From: Octopus sinensis
Taxonomy: Eukaryota
Direction of reading: 5' to 3'
Length of the DNA: 64,000 bases
NCBI RefSeq assembly: GCF_006345805.1
Contig: NC_043005.1
Span: 85,002,001-85,066,000, forward strand
Shown here: piece by piece, positions 38,482-52,149 of the stretch
Position numbering within the stretch: position 1 is the first letter of the stretch
How the letters are laid out: every line of letters begins with the position of its first letter
Notes under the pieces: generated by a model
What the model was told of the DNA's origin: nothing
The model's input: only the letters and a program-made list of their open reading frames with translations
Database searches by the model: none
Position numbers and translations under genes: made by a program

Positions 38482-38578
38482 ATACAAAATTTAGAGGACT
38501 GACCATTAAATAAATGGACAGCATATCTAGCATATAGGCTGTCCATGTTTTTAGTGGTCAGTCCTCTAAATTTCGTAT
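38482..38578. repeat. Fold-back inverted repeat (~45 bp arms) abutting (TA)n
   Basis: ATACAAAATTTAGAGGACTGACCATTAAA..ATGGACAGC pairs with GCTGTCCAT..TTTAGTGGTCAGTCCTCTAAATTTCGTAT. Confidence 0.9.
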
Positions 38579-38589
38579 ATATATATATC

Positions 38590-38912
38590 GGAGACACAGA
38601 CCATGGGATTGCACCTAGAAAGTTACCCTCCTAGACACAAGTCCGGGCGAGGTTGTTTATGGAAGACCAGCAGTTGCCCATGCATACCAGCCTCCCCTCT
38701 CCATGCCACCAGTGTTATCCAAGGGAAAGACAAAGGTCGATACAGCTTGGCACCAGTGACGTCGCAACTCATTTCTACAGCTGAGTGAACTGGAGCAACG
38801 TGAAACAAAGTGCCTTGCTCAAGAACACAACACGCAGCCCGGTCCGGGATTCAAGCTCACAACCTCACGATCGTAAGCTCGACGCTCTAACCACTGAGCC
38901 ATGTGCCTTCAC
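38590..38912 (-). mobile_element. tRNA-derived SINE family C
   Basis: Minus-strand head GGCACATGGCTCAGTGGTTAGAGCGTCG...GAGCTTGAATCCC. Confidence 0.8.
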
Positions 38913-39339
38913 TTATATATATGTGTATATATATGCATCATACATTATAGACACAACTTGCACCTAGGACCAACACACATCATCTTACAAGTACATACAT
39001 ATATATACTTTCATACATGCATACACACATACATACATTAATAGATAGATAGATAGATAGATACATACATACATACATGCATACATACATACATGCATGC
39101 ATACATACATACATGCATACATACATACATACATGCATACATACATGCATACATACATACATACATACATACATAAATACATACATGCAGACATACATAC
39201 ATACATACATACATACATACATACATACAAACAGACAGCCTTTGAGTGTTGCATAGTCTCCCTCAGACTTGGTAAACAACAGTAGTAAAAATAAATACAT
39301 TAACTTAGTACTGAAAAGTAAAAAAAAAACATTATCCTA

Positions 39340-40055
39340 CAAATTGAAAGTGAGTTCCTTAGGAAGCACTCTCTTCCTGATGACCTCCCAGACAACCCCA
39401 AATCAGCTGGACTAGGGTACCTCAAAGAAGATGAGAAAGTGAAATGGCTCAGCTTACCAAAAAAGACCATGCATGGCTATGTTTCTCGTGGACTTGAAGA
39501 AGATAGTAACATTTTTCTTTACTCAAGGCACAAGGCCCGAAATTTGGGGGGGAGGGGGCCAGTTGATTAGATCAATCCCAATATGCGACTGGTATTTAAT
39601 TTATCGACTCTGAAAGGATAAAAGGCAAAATTGATCTCGGCAGAATTTGAACTCAGAATGTAAAGACAGACGAAATACCACTAAGCATTATTTTCTTTCC
39701 TACTCTATGTACAAGGCCCGAAGTTTTGGGGAAGGAAGCCAGTCATTTAGATTGGCCCCAGTACACAACTGGTACTTAATTTGCCGCCTTAGAAGATAGT
39801 AACATTGACATGAAGCAAAACCTCTTTTGGACTTGTGACCACTACATCACATCACACTTGGAAGGCTAGGCGTTTGCAATCCAAGAACAGGAGATTGCTA
39901 TAAAATACCTAATCAACAAAAGAGACAGCAAAGCCCTTGGAATTCCAAGATGGACTCATAAATGTAGATTATGTCATATTTCTGTGGAAAGCATCAGACA
40001 TGTGATTAGCAGCTGTCCAAAACTGTCATCAAAGTGCTACCTCCCTATGCGACAC
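39340..40055 (+). mobile_element. R4/Dong-like retroelement C-terminal fragment
   Basis: SHLEG*AFAIQEQEIAIKYL...KCRLCHISVESIRHVISSCPKLSSKCYLPMRH (CCHC knuckle). Confidence 0.8.
39514..39790 (-). mobile_element. 5'-truncated SINE family B dimer with 16-bp TSD
   Basis: TSD AGAAGATAGTAACATT at 39498-39513 and 39791-39806. Confidence 0.9.
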
Positions 40056-40903
40056 AAAGGCAAACACACACACACTTATACATACATATATATATTATGG
40101 GCTTCTTTCAGTTTCCGTTGACCAAATCCACTTACAAGGCTTTGGTTGACCTAAGGCTGTAGTAGAAGACACTTGCCCAAGGTGCCTCATACTGGGACTG
40201 AACCCGGAACCATGTGGTTGGGAAGCAAACTTCTTATCACACAGCCATGCATGTGCTTATTTGTGCCTGTTTACGTCTCATTAACTTAGTGGTTCATCAA
40301 AAGAGACTGATTGAATAAGTATCATACATCGAAAAAAAGAATATTGCTGCAGTGTATTTGAATAAACCCTTCAAGGTGGTGCCCCAGTATGGCCACAGTC
40401 CAATGATTAAAACAACGAAAAGTTAGATGATTAAACATTATGTAGACAATGTAGTAGAAAATCCATTATTGTTTATTAAAAACAAAAAAAAACATGGTGA
40501 AATAGTCACAAATGGATTGGCAATGTCTGTAAGTGTCTTTGAGGAAGATTTGCCCAGGGTTAAAAAAAAATAATAGAAACAAATCAAAATATTATTATTA
40601 CATTGATATTCATCAATACAGCCATGGAATGGCATATTTTCTCACCAAACTGGCTGCAAATAATATTAATTATCTGATGGTGTTTATGAGGGAATAAACG
40701 AAGAAGGAGAAGGAATTGGTCAGGTTGCATTCGTTATATCCCACATCTGCAGTCACATTGGTGCCAAACAAATTAACGGTCTTTGTGTGGTGTGTTCATT
40801 TGGCTGTCTCCTCTCCTCTCTCTCTCTCTCTCTCACTGTATTTGTGTGAGTGTGTGTATGTATATATATATCTATATATCTATATCTATATCTATATCTA
40901 TCA

Positions 40904-40992
<89 letters not shown>

Positions 40993-41187
40993 TATATATA
41001 TATTTATTTATATATATATATGTAGATAAATAGATAGATATGTGTGGTTATGTGTGTGTGGTTTCTATGGTGGTTCATGAAATGATGCTATATGTATTGA
41101 GGCATGTTTGTGCATATATAAGTGTGTGTGAGTGTCCGGCATAATAAATTATATATATTCATGTGTGTGTATATGTATATATATATG

Positions 41188-41243
<56 letters not shown>

Positions 41244-41284
41244 CATATATATGATATATATATATATACATATATAGATATATT

Positions 41285-44110
41285 ATTAACAGCGACATAT
41301 TACAAAGATGAACCAACACCACGGAGAAAACAACAATAAGAAAATTAGAACTTTAGTCCAGAATATCAGGACTCCTTTACAGATAAGGAGGAAATTATCT
41401 ATGCAACTCACAAACCAAAGAAAGCAACTTTTATGGATTACCTAAAATTCATAAAGCTCGGAAATACAGAGAGCCATAAGGAACAGAGGAACCACTACAT
41501 AAGAGTACAAGACCTGCAGACCTCACGATGAGACCAATAGTGGCAGGACCCCAGGCCCAACACAACAACTAATGCCACTTCATAGATATACTCCTCAAAC
41601 CTCTATGCCACAGATTCCAAGCTACATAAGGGATGACATAGACTTCCTCAAACACATTCCAAATACAGTCCCGAAAAACACCATACTGCCAAGCTTTGAT
41701 GTCACAAAATCTATACACAAACATACCACACACCCTAGGTCTAGAGCTATAAAACATCAATAGAAAATACAGAGAACTTATAGATGAACGCTCAAGACAA
41801 ACTTTATCACCCAAGCCACCCAACTAATACTAGAAGAAACACATTCTCATTCAACAACAAGACATACCGACAGATAAAAGGCCGGCTATGGGTACAAAAT
41901 TCGCACCTTCATATGCCAACCTAGTGATGGGCTTCCTGGAGAAAAAACTATATGACGAAATAGGGAAAGTCTTCGAACACGACTTCATAGAAGACATCAA
42001 GAAAAAGTGGAAACGCTACCTCGATGACTGTTTCATCATCTTTTGGAACAGATCAGAAGAGGACCTACAAACATTCCACAACATCCTCATACGCTGCACA
42101 CCCATCTATCAATTTCACAATAGATACCAGCCAACGAACTTCCCTTCCTAGACATCAACATCAAAATACACAACTCCATCGTCACAACAGACATCCACTA
42201 CAAAAAAACTGACACACATCAATACTTAAATTTCCACTCCTGCCCCCCATCCCACACAAAAAGAACATCCCATATAGTATGGCACGACGAATATGTAGCA
42301 TAGTAACTGATTCACAATACGATTAATAAGACTAGATGAACTCAAGCTTCCTCCTAGAGCAAAAATACCCCCTTAAACTAATAGAAAATGGAATCACAAG
42401 AGCATTAAACTAGACATCACACAACTCAGGACACCCAAACAAAAAACAAAGAAAACACTATCCCTTTTTATAAACACACACAACCCTGGAGTTACCAACA
42501 TCTTCCAAACATACATTCAAACCTACCAATAGCCTTACAGAGCCCCAAAATGAAAACATATTAAACAATATAGCAAAAAAACAGTAGACGACAGGACAAA
42601 AACCTAAAAAAACACCTAACAAGAGCGAAATTCTCTTCAGAAACTAAAACGGAATTCTTTGCAAAAGAGTGCGGAGATGGTAGATGTGGGACCTGCAGCA
42701 ACCCCACCTACAATACATAGAGAGCAACAGAGAGGATAAGATTTAAAAATGGTGTCATATTCAAAGTAAATGCAGATATGAACTGCAAGACGCAGAACGT
42801 CATATACTGCATAACCTGCCCCACATGCAAGGAGAATTACGTAGGAGAAACTGGTAATTCTTTGTGCCAGCGAGCCAGGATCCACCGACAACATATTCGG
42901 CAGGAAGAACTACGCAAAATACCACTAAGCACACACCTAGCTACTGTGGAGAAGGAAAATTTAAGATATTTTCCCTTCTACAAGTGTCCGAAGAATGACC
43001 CCCCCTTCAGGAGGAATATGAAAAACATTTCATAGCTAGTTCTCTCTCCCCCAAATTAAATGGCTGAAACTTTACTCAACATACATTGAAGGAAAATCTT
43101 TGTGTGTGTAGATGTGTGTATTGCCTGTTATATACATCATATTATATTATTATCTTTATAATTCACTTCCATCTTTACCCTTAATTGTCACTTTAGTTTT
43201 AACTTTCCTATGACATACAACTTTCAAGATGGTATAATTTGGTTGTTCATTTTGAACCGATAAAAAGGTTTTTTCAAATATTTTATGTATAAGTCTGTGT
43301 GTGTGTATATATATGTGTGGTATAAATATCAACACAAAAATATTTTTTCTTCTCCACTTCCTCCCTTATTTTTATTTTTATTTTTATTTTTATTTTTATT
43401 TTTTTATTTTTTATTCTTTATATTTTTATTTATTCTTTATTTTTTTTTTATTTTATTTTTTTATTTTTGTTTTTTTTATTTTATTTTATTTTTTTTATTT
43501 TTTTAATTTTTTATTTTTATTATTATTATTTTTATTTTCCCTTTTTCTCTTTTTGTCTCTCTCCCCTTCTCCAACACACAACACACACCACACACACACA
43601 CACATACACACACACCACACACAACACACACACACACAACACACAAAACACACAGAGACACACAGAGACACACACACACACACACACCTCCACAGAATGA
43701 TCATAGAAAGTGTGACCCCAAATGACATTTGCCAGGCCAACCTATGCACAACACACACTCAGTGACATTGAAATGGACGGCCAAAGTTCTTATAAAACCA
43801 CAGGGGGTCCAGCAGACCAACGGAAATAACACTTCTTCACTCTCAGATATAAATGCGCACACACACACACACACACACGCACACACACACACACACACAC
43901 ACATACACACATATTTCTCTCTGTCTCACTTCCTCCTCACCCACTATACGAAACTATAAAAAGGTTCAAACTACCCACAACTGATTTGATTGAAAACCCA
44001 CTAGAATGGGAGCAAGCGCTAATCCGAATGATATGATATATATGTAAAAATGTAAATATAAATAATAATCTACAAATATGAACCTCTGATCTGATTACCT
44101 CATTTTTCTA
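41285..44110 (+). mobile_element. Penelope-like element (RT, CxxxxCxxC linker, GIY-YIG; Neptune/Naiad-like), frameshifted, within (TA)n
   Basis: FYGLPKIHK, RPIVAGP, PSYIRD..DFL, SFDV, MGTKFAPSYANL, WKRYLDDCF, FLDI, YKKTDTHQYL, CGDGRCGTC, NVIYCITCPTCKENYVGET...QR..IH. Confidence 0.93.
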
Positions 44111-44151
44111 ATATATATATATATTTAAATATATATATATTATATATATAC

Positions 44152-44182
<31 letters not shown>

Positions 44183-44196
44183 AATATTATATATAC

Positions 44197-44227
<31 letters not shown>

Positions 44228-44622
44228 CATATACATATACAATACACACACATGAATATTATATATTTATATATGCACGGACACTCACACACACTTATAT
44301 ATGCACAAACATGCCTCAATACATATAGCATCATTTCATGAACCACCATAGAAACACACACACATATCTATCTATTTCTTTATCCCCTGATCCCTTATCT
44401 GGAGGTCAATGCAGAAACTAGGGATAGACAAGTGGTTGGTAAGAGCTGTACGAGCCCAGTGGTTGGCATTAGGGAGGGCATCCAGTCATAGAAACCATGC
44501 CAAATCAGATCGGAAGCTGGAGCAGCCCTCTGGCTTACCATTTTCCGTCAAACTTCCAGCCCATGCCAGCATGGAAAGCGACGTTAATATGATGATGATA
44601 TTCAACACACATCATTTATATA

Positions 44623-44669
<47 letters not shown>

Positions 44670-44690
44670 ATATATATCTATATACTATAC

Positions 44691-44736
<46 letters not shown>

Positions 44737-44764
44737 CATATATATATAACATATATATATAAAT

Positions 44765-46264
44765 GATGTGTGTTTTTATATCATCATCATCATCATTTAA
44801 CGTCCGCTTTCCATGCTGCATGGGCTGGACAGTTTGACGGAAAACTGGTAAGCCAGCGGGCTGCTCCAGCTTCCGATCTGATTTGGCATGGTTTCTATGA
44901 CTGGATGCCCTCCCTAATGCCAACCACTCCAGGAGTGCCAATAACCTGACACCGGCTTGATAGGTCAGCAAAAGCACAGTATATCGCAAAAGGTCTTGGA
45001 CACTTGTGTCTGCCTCCATGAGGCCCAATGCTTGAACGGTGCTTTTTACATGCCACCAGCATGGGTGCCAATCAGATGGCACTGGCATCAACCATGACTA
45101 CGATTTCCCTTGGTTTGACAGGTCTTTACAAGCACCGCATTTCCTCAACAATTGAAGGATGCTTTTAATGGGCCAGTTATGTGACACTGGCATCAACCAT
45201 GACTATGATCCCACTTGGCTTGATGGATCTTCTCAAGCACGGCATATTTCCAAAGGTCTCAGTCACTTGTCATTGTCTCAGTGAGGCCCAACATTTGAAG
45301 ATCGTCTCATGTCTTCCTGGGTCTATCTCTACCACAAGTTCTCTCCACCATTAGAGATTGGCACTTCTTCCCACAGCTGTCCTCATCCATACACATCACA
45401 TGACCATACCAGCACAGTCATCTCTCACACTGACATTACACATCCAGTGGAGGATACTAGCTTCATTCCTTACAAGCCTATGCATGTCGCGAGCAGTCAA
45501 AGCCCATGTTTCACTGCCATGTAGCATGACTGTTCACACACAGGCATCATACAGTCTGCCTTTCACTCTGAGAGGGCCTTTGTTACCAGCAGAGGTAGGA
45601 GCTCCTTCAACTTTGTCCAGCTTATTCTTATTTTAGCACCCATGTCTATGCAACAGAAGCTATTGACTGCTTCTAATTTTACCCCCTGGCATGTGATGGA
45701 ATTTATTTTCTGTACATTTTTAGTGTTTATTGTACCTTCCACACACAACAACTATTTTCCCTGTTAACACTCCTTTGATATTGCTGCACCTCTTATATGT
45801 CCATAATTTACACTGGGTACATCTTATGAAGTTTCTACCTAGACCTTTTCTACAGATCAAGCAGGGCCATCTACCTGAAGGGATTTGTGATTTGTCTGCC
45901 TTTCTACTTACTAAGACTTTGGTTTTTGCTAGGTTAATTTTAAGGTTCCTCAATTTTAGACCTTGCTTCCACACCTGAAACCTCTTACTTAGTTTTGGTA
46001 GTGACTCAGCAATAGAGGAGCTCCCAGGGGCAGCCTGTCTTGAATTCCTCTGTTATTGCCTGGATGATTATGATGACCAAGAGGAGGCTGAGAACTGATC
46101 TTTGGTGAACCCCTACTTCTACCTGGAATTCTTCGCTATACTCTTTGCCAATCGTCACCTTGCTGACAGCATCCCTGTACTGGGCTCGTACAGCTCTTAC
46201 CAACCACTTGTCTATCCCTAGTTTCTGCATTGACCTCCAGATAAGGGATCAGGGGATAAAGAAA
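44765..46264 (-). mobile_element. RTE-clade LINE (5'-truncated in RT, with 3' UTR and tail)
   Basis: MQKLGIDKWLVRAV...VGVHQRSVLSLLL...GCPWELLY; INLAKTKVLVS..WPCLICRKG; (GAT)n tail. Confidence 0.9.
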
Positions 46265-46990
46265 CACTAAAATAAAAGACCGAGAGCACTATACTAGCAG
46301 TGCAAGACCAAGCTTTGGCCACAAGCTGGTGGGGGAGTCAACCTATGGAATGAGCAAGTGTCTCTGCTGTGCTGCGTCTGTAATAGGATGCATAAAACCA
46401 TTGCCCATATCACAAATGAATGCCCTAAAATTGCCCAAAACCATTACAAGTTCTGGTGATATGATGAGGTAGTGAAACTGCTACATTGGAAACTGTGTGA
46501 AAAGTAGGAGCGAGAGAGAAAGGCAAGGCATGGTATGGGTACAAACTGCAAAGAGTGTTGGAGTCAGAGACTAGCAAAATCCTCTGAGATTTCCCAATCC
46601 ATACAGATCAGGTGCTAGAGTATAACAGACTGGACCTAGTGGTAGTGGACAAGACACACCACATATAGTATACAGTTGATGTTGTGTGCCCCTTTGACCA
46701 ATGAATAGTCAAAAAAGATAGATAGATACAACCCTCTTAAGTATGAAATAGCCTGTCTATGAAAAATGAAGAAGAAGATAGTGCCGATTAGGAATATAAA
46801 GGAAATTGGAACAGAGTGTCCAGTAGAACTGTGAGAAAAGTCTTGCCTCCTTGGCCTCACCCGAATAATCAGGAAAGTATTAGACAGCTGAAAAGAATGG
46901 ATAGCAAGGTACCGTAGGCTGTGGGTGGCAAGCCCGCTATACATGCAAGACTCCAAGAGCTCCAACAAAACCTGAGTTAAAAAGAAAAAA
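46265..46990 (+). mobile_element. R4/Dong-like RLE fragment
   Basis: TESTILAVQDQAL; TIAHITNECPKIAQ; LHWKLC; DFPIHTDQVLEYNRLDLVVVDK...DVVCPFD. It is followed by ATT-rich repeats. Confidence 0.8.
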
Positions 46991-47539
46991 TTTTATTGGT
47001 GCCATTATGTCGTTTACCATTATTAATATTAGTATTATCATCATTGTTATCATTATTATTATTATTAGTTTCATATGCTAATGTATTTTTAACATTAATT
47101 TTTTTTATTTGTTCCATTTGTTTTTTTTAATTGTATTTTGATTAATTTTCTTTTTTGTTCAATGTGTGTGTATTCCTGTGTGCCTGTATACATGTATGTG
47201 TGTGTGTGAATGTGTGTGTGTGAGTGTGTGCCTGTATACATGTGTGTGTGTCTAGGAAAACAGTTGAAGATGAACAATAGATAGGTAAAATAAATAAACA
47301 ACTATATAAATGCATAAAAATTGTGTAAGTGTTTAATTATCAATAACAGTGAAGGGGGGGACAGATTGGAGGGATGGAGGTGATTGTGTTAATGTCAGTA
47401 AGTAGTCAGTTGGAGATTGAAGCAAATATATTTGCACGCATGCATAAACACACACTCACACATCATACATGAATACACACACACACACACACACACATAT
47501 ATACGTGTGTGTATATACATCTATATATATATATATATA

Positions 47540-47584
<45 letters not shown>

Positions 47585-47655
47585 ATATATATATATATTA
47601 ATATATTTGTATATGTATGTATATGTATGCATATGTATGCATGTATGTCATCATC

Positions 47656-47713
<58 letters not shown>

Positions 47714-47791
47714 GCACACACATAAACATATATCCACAGCCTGGTGCAGTATATTTGCAAATATGTTTTAATCTATCTGTCTCTCTCTCTG

Positions 47792-47856
<65 letters not shown>

Positions 47857-48699
47857 ATATATATATATCTATATATATATATATACATACATATACCTAC
47901 ATATGTGAGTGTGTGCATATGAATAAATACATATTTATATATGTTAATATCTGTGTTATTGCGTGTAACTGTGTGTTTGTGTGTGTTTGCGTGTGTAAGC
48001 TTCAGTTCCAAGATGAAATAGGAAGAGAAAGAAACAGTTTGTCCGTCTTGTAAGTGCCGTGTATTTTCATCAGTTTTTTCTCAAGCATCTTCATTTGTCA
48101 CAATGTGAAGAAATTGGTAATGACAGGTAAGGCGGGATGAGGAGGGGGGTCACATCCAAAGGTAAATATCAGAAATATGTGAAAGGGAAGGGACAATCAA
48201 TACATACCTATGTGTATGTGTATGAGAGTGTGGTGTGTGTGTGTGTGTAAGTACATATAGCATGGGCTGGATGGTTTGACTGTGGGCTGGCGAACTAGAT
48301 GACTGCATCAAGACGAGCCTGGTGCAGCCATCTGGTTTGCTATCCCACAGTCAAACCGTCCAACCCATGCTAGCATGGAAAGCAGACGTTAAACGACCAC
48401 AATGATGATGATGATGTGTTGATACACGCACACACACAGACACACACACACACACAGACACACACACTCATACATATACATACACATACACAGATATACA
48501 CACATGTGTGTGTGTGTTGTGTTAATAACACCTGTAAAGAGGTGCTTTATCCATTCACCAAAGTGAATGGAGCTTTGGCCAGGAGGAACTGATGTCATCA
48601 GACAGCATCCGTCGTTCATTGGGTGTTTTGACTCTGAACCATAACGCCCTCCTGTTGGTGGGTCAGCAGAGGTGGTCAAGTCACTGCTCTTCAATTCCT

Positions 48700-49935
48700 C
48701 CTGGCTTCCAGCTTAACTCTTCTCTCTAACTCCAAAGGCAGCTAGAGGCTCTTTCAGCTGACTTTCCCATCCTGCGCACAGCCACCCTTCTCTCCTTACC
48801 TCTCATTCAAATTGCTATAAGAATCCTTCATGCCGTCTGAGCAGGGAATCCCTTACAGCCAACCTTTACTGGGAAAAGCCATACCTGCCATCCCTTCCCC
48901 CTGCAATCCTGAAGAAGGCTCTCATACCTGGCACACTTCCGTTTATGGGCCTCATAACACCCCTCTTCCTGTGGGACTGAATTCAATTACGATAATTTTC
49001 TTGGCCTTCTCAGAACACTGGGCCACATCTGGCCTCAGGGTTGTATGGACAACCTGGAGAAACTGCAGTCTCTCCCCTAAGTCCACTTTTATATTCCATG
49101 GTGGCTGAGATCCTTGCAGCAAGCTATGTTTTGATATTGCTGACTTTACTGGTTTCTTTCCCTCTTTCACGAACTTAATTGCTGCTGTTGCTTTTGTTTG
49201 TTTGTTGAGTGAAGCAGTCTTTGTCCTTGGGAGAAGTCCAAAACGTAGACCTTTGTTATTCGTAAGACCCACAGAAGAGAAAGCAGGTCAACTCTCCACA
49301 TCGAGAGCATCGATGGATGGATGAATGCGCATCCAGGCTCAGCGGTTGCGTAGGAAGTCAGGGACAAGAAACAGGAAGAGTGAGAGAAAGTTGGAGCGAA
49401 AGAGTACAATAGGTGTTGTCTCCACCCCCGACTGGAGCTTCGTGGAGCTTTAGGTGTTTTCACTCAGTAAACACACACAACACCCGGTCTGGGAATTGAA
49501 ACTGCGATCCTCCGACCACGAGTTCGCTGCCCTAAACACCTCCATTGCACCTCCACTGCTGTTGCCTTCCTCTGGTGATGATGTTTCTTGTGCCTTCCAT
49601 GTGTTCTAGCGAAGCCAGCACTCTTTCTGCATCCACATGGGTTGCAGTGGTTACTGTAATATCATCCCTGAAGCCCCTTATTGGCTGCTGACAGCTGCTT
49701 GATTCCATTGTTGGTCCTTGGGCTTCTCTATTATGGCACCATTTATATCTGCCTTGAGAAAGTGCTATTCTACACCCTGCCACGATATATGCTAGGGTGC
49801 CCCTTTCTCCACAAAGTCTGAATGGCTGGTCTTCCCTCAAATCCCATCTGTGCAGGTTTGTTGGCATCAGAATCAATGTTTTCTTCAAAACATATGTTGG
49901 AAGTATAAAGATTTGAATAACACCTGCATTTGACT
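48700..49935 (-). mobile_element. HERO/NeSL-like RLE retroelement fragments (rearranged, interrupted by a SINE at ~49270-49535)
   Basis: PTNLHRW..RLCGERGTLAYIVAGCRIALSQGRYKWCH; VDLGERLQF..VVHTTLRPDV...KKIIVIE; an RT piece PIRGFRDDIT. Confidence 0.8.
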
Positions 49936-50079
49936 CCAATTTCTTAATTTATCTATGTATGTATGTGTATATATATATATATATATACATAAACATATAT
50001 CTACACACACACATGCACACATACATATACACACATACATGCATACATACATACATACATACATACATACATACATACA

Positions 50080-50131
<52 letters not shown>

Positions 50132-50544
50132 CACAGTGGCAGACAGCTTGCCCGATGGCAAGTGGGCCTCTGTGCCATTAGAATCCATATATGGGAGCCC
50201 ATGTTAGTATCTAAGGGGTCCATCCCTTCAAGTTTGAGAAATTCTTATTCACTCATGGAAGAATGCATTAATCATTTCAGCCTGGCTGTGTTTGTAGACA
50301 GTTGAAAAGAATGCTTTTAACAAAAAAAAAAAATAAATAAATAGATTATCCCATTGTAGTTGCGGGTGGGCCCCCTTAGTCTCCTGGCAACCAATGTTTT
50401 TAGACCCATAGCTAATTGTAAAATTTAAAGAAGAGAATTGAGTAGTAAATATACTAACAAGTAAAGTTAATCACCACATCAAAGTGGCTGCTCCATGTTC
50501 CATGTTCCATGTTCCATGTTATGAATAGTTCAACCCCAGATATG

Positions 50545-50942
50545 TATATTCTTTTATTCTTTTATTTGTTTCAGTCATTTGACTCTGGCCATGCTAGACC
50601 ACTGCCTTTAGTTGAGAAAATTGACCCCAGGACTTATTCTTTGTAAGCCTAGTACGTATCCTATCAGTCTCTTTTGCTGAACCACTAATGTTACAGGGAC
50701 ATAAACACACCAACATCGGTTGTCAAGCAATGATGAGGGGACAAGCACAGACTCACACACACATATATGTGTGTGTATGTATATATACAGCGGGCTTCTT
50801 TCAATTACCAAATCCACTCACAAGACTGGTCAGCCCGAGTTTATAGTAGAAGACACTTGCCCAGAGTGCCACACAGTGGAACTGAACCTGGAACCCTGTG
50901 GTTGGGAAGCAAGCTACTTAACACACAGCCACTCCTGTACCT
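50545..50942 (-). mobile_element. tRNA-derived SINE family A
   Basis: Full head-to-tail match to other copies. Confidence 0.85.
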
Positions 50943-51929
50943 ATATGTATATATGTGTGTGTACATGTGTGCTTATGTCTGTATTTCCCCCACCCCTACA
51001 TGACAACCGGTGTTGGTGTGCTTACATCACTGTAACCTAGCAGTTTGGCAAAAGAGTCTAATAGAATAAGTACCAGGCTTGACAAAAAAAAAAGAAAATA
51101 GAGGAAAGCATCAAGTTTGAATCGTTCAACTAAAATCCCTCAAGGTGGTGCTCCAGAATGGCTACAGTCTAGTGACTGCCAAAAAAAAAAGTATATGACA
51201 CTAGAAAAGGGCAGGATGGTCACAGCTGGAACGCCTTTCTCTATAGATCTGCATGATCTTCGCTAACTTGGGGGGGGGGGGCGCTACACAACAACAACAA
51301 CAACAGCTACAATATACAACAACTGTTACTTTTCTCATTATCGTTATTATTTATATTAATTATTTATGTTGTTTTAAGGTGACCAAAAAACAGAACCAAC
51401 AAAATGGCCAGACATAAATAACTGAGCATATTTACTTTGGTTGGTTTTATTTCCTTCCTGGGTTTTGAAGTCCTGCCAAAGTTGATTTTGGCTTCCATCC
51501 TTCTGGGGTTGATAAAATAAATATTTGTCTTTCTTCTTGGGTCAATTGGATCGACTACACTTGTTCCCCCACCCCACCCCACCTCGCCGCTTATGCATTT
51601 GTGGCTTTTGTTTCGGTTTGAACAAAAACTGGAAAACAAAAGCAAAAGGCCATTGACGGAACAAGAGGTGGGAGGCGGGTAGTTTTTGGGCCAGGAATGG
51701 TTGTGTGCACTGGTGAAAGCTTAGTGGTTTTTAGCTATGCTCCACCTCTCTTCCTCTGTTTGTGTGTGTGTGTGTGTGTGAGCGCACGCATGTGTATGTG
51801 TGTGTGCATGCATGCATGTGTGTGTGTGTGCATATATATATATATATATGTATATATATAAATAGATAAATAAATAGATAGATAGATAAATAGGTAGGTA
51901 GGTAAGTAGATAGATAGATAGGTAGATAG

Positions 51930-51960
<31 letters not shown>

Positions 51961-52149
51961 AATAGATAGATACATAGATAAATAGACAGACAGACAGATA
52001 CATAGGTAGATAGATAGATAGATAAATAGATAGATAGAAGGATGGATAGATAGATAGATAGATAGGTAGGTAGGTAAACAGTTAGATAGATATGGATACA
52101 TAGATAGATAAATAGATAGATATTAATTAGTTAAAGGCTTCATTAGAAT

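Noticed and set aside
48007-48050. Possible 44-nt exon (cag|TTCC...TCTT|gtaagt)
   Set aside because: The polypyrimidine tract is poor and there is no homology. Such matches are expected by chance.
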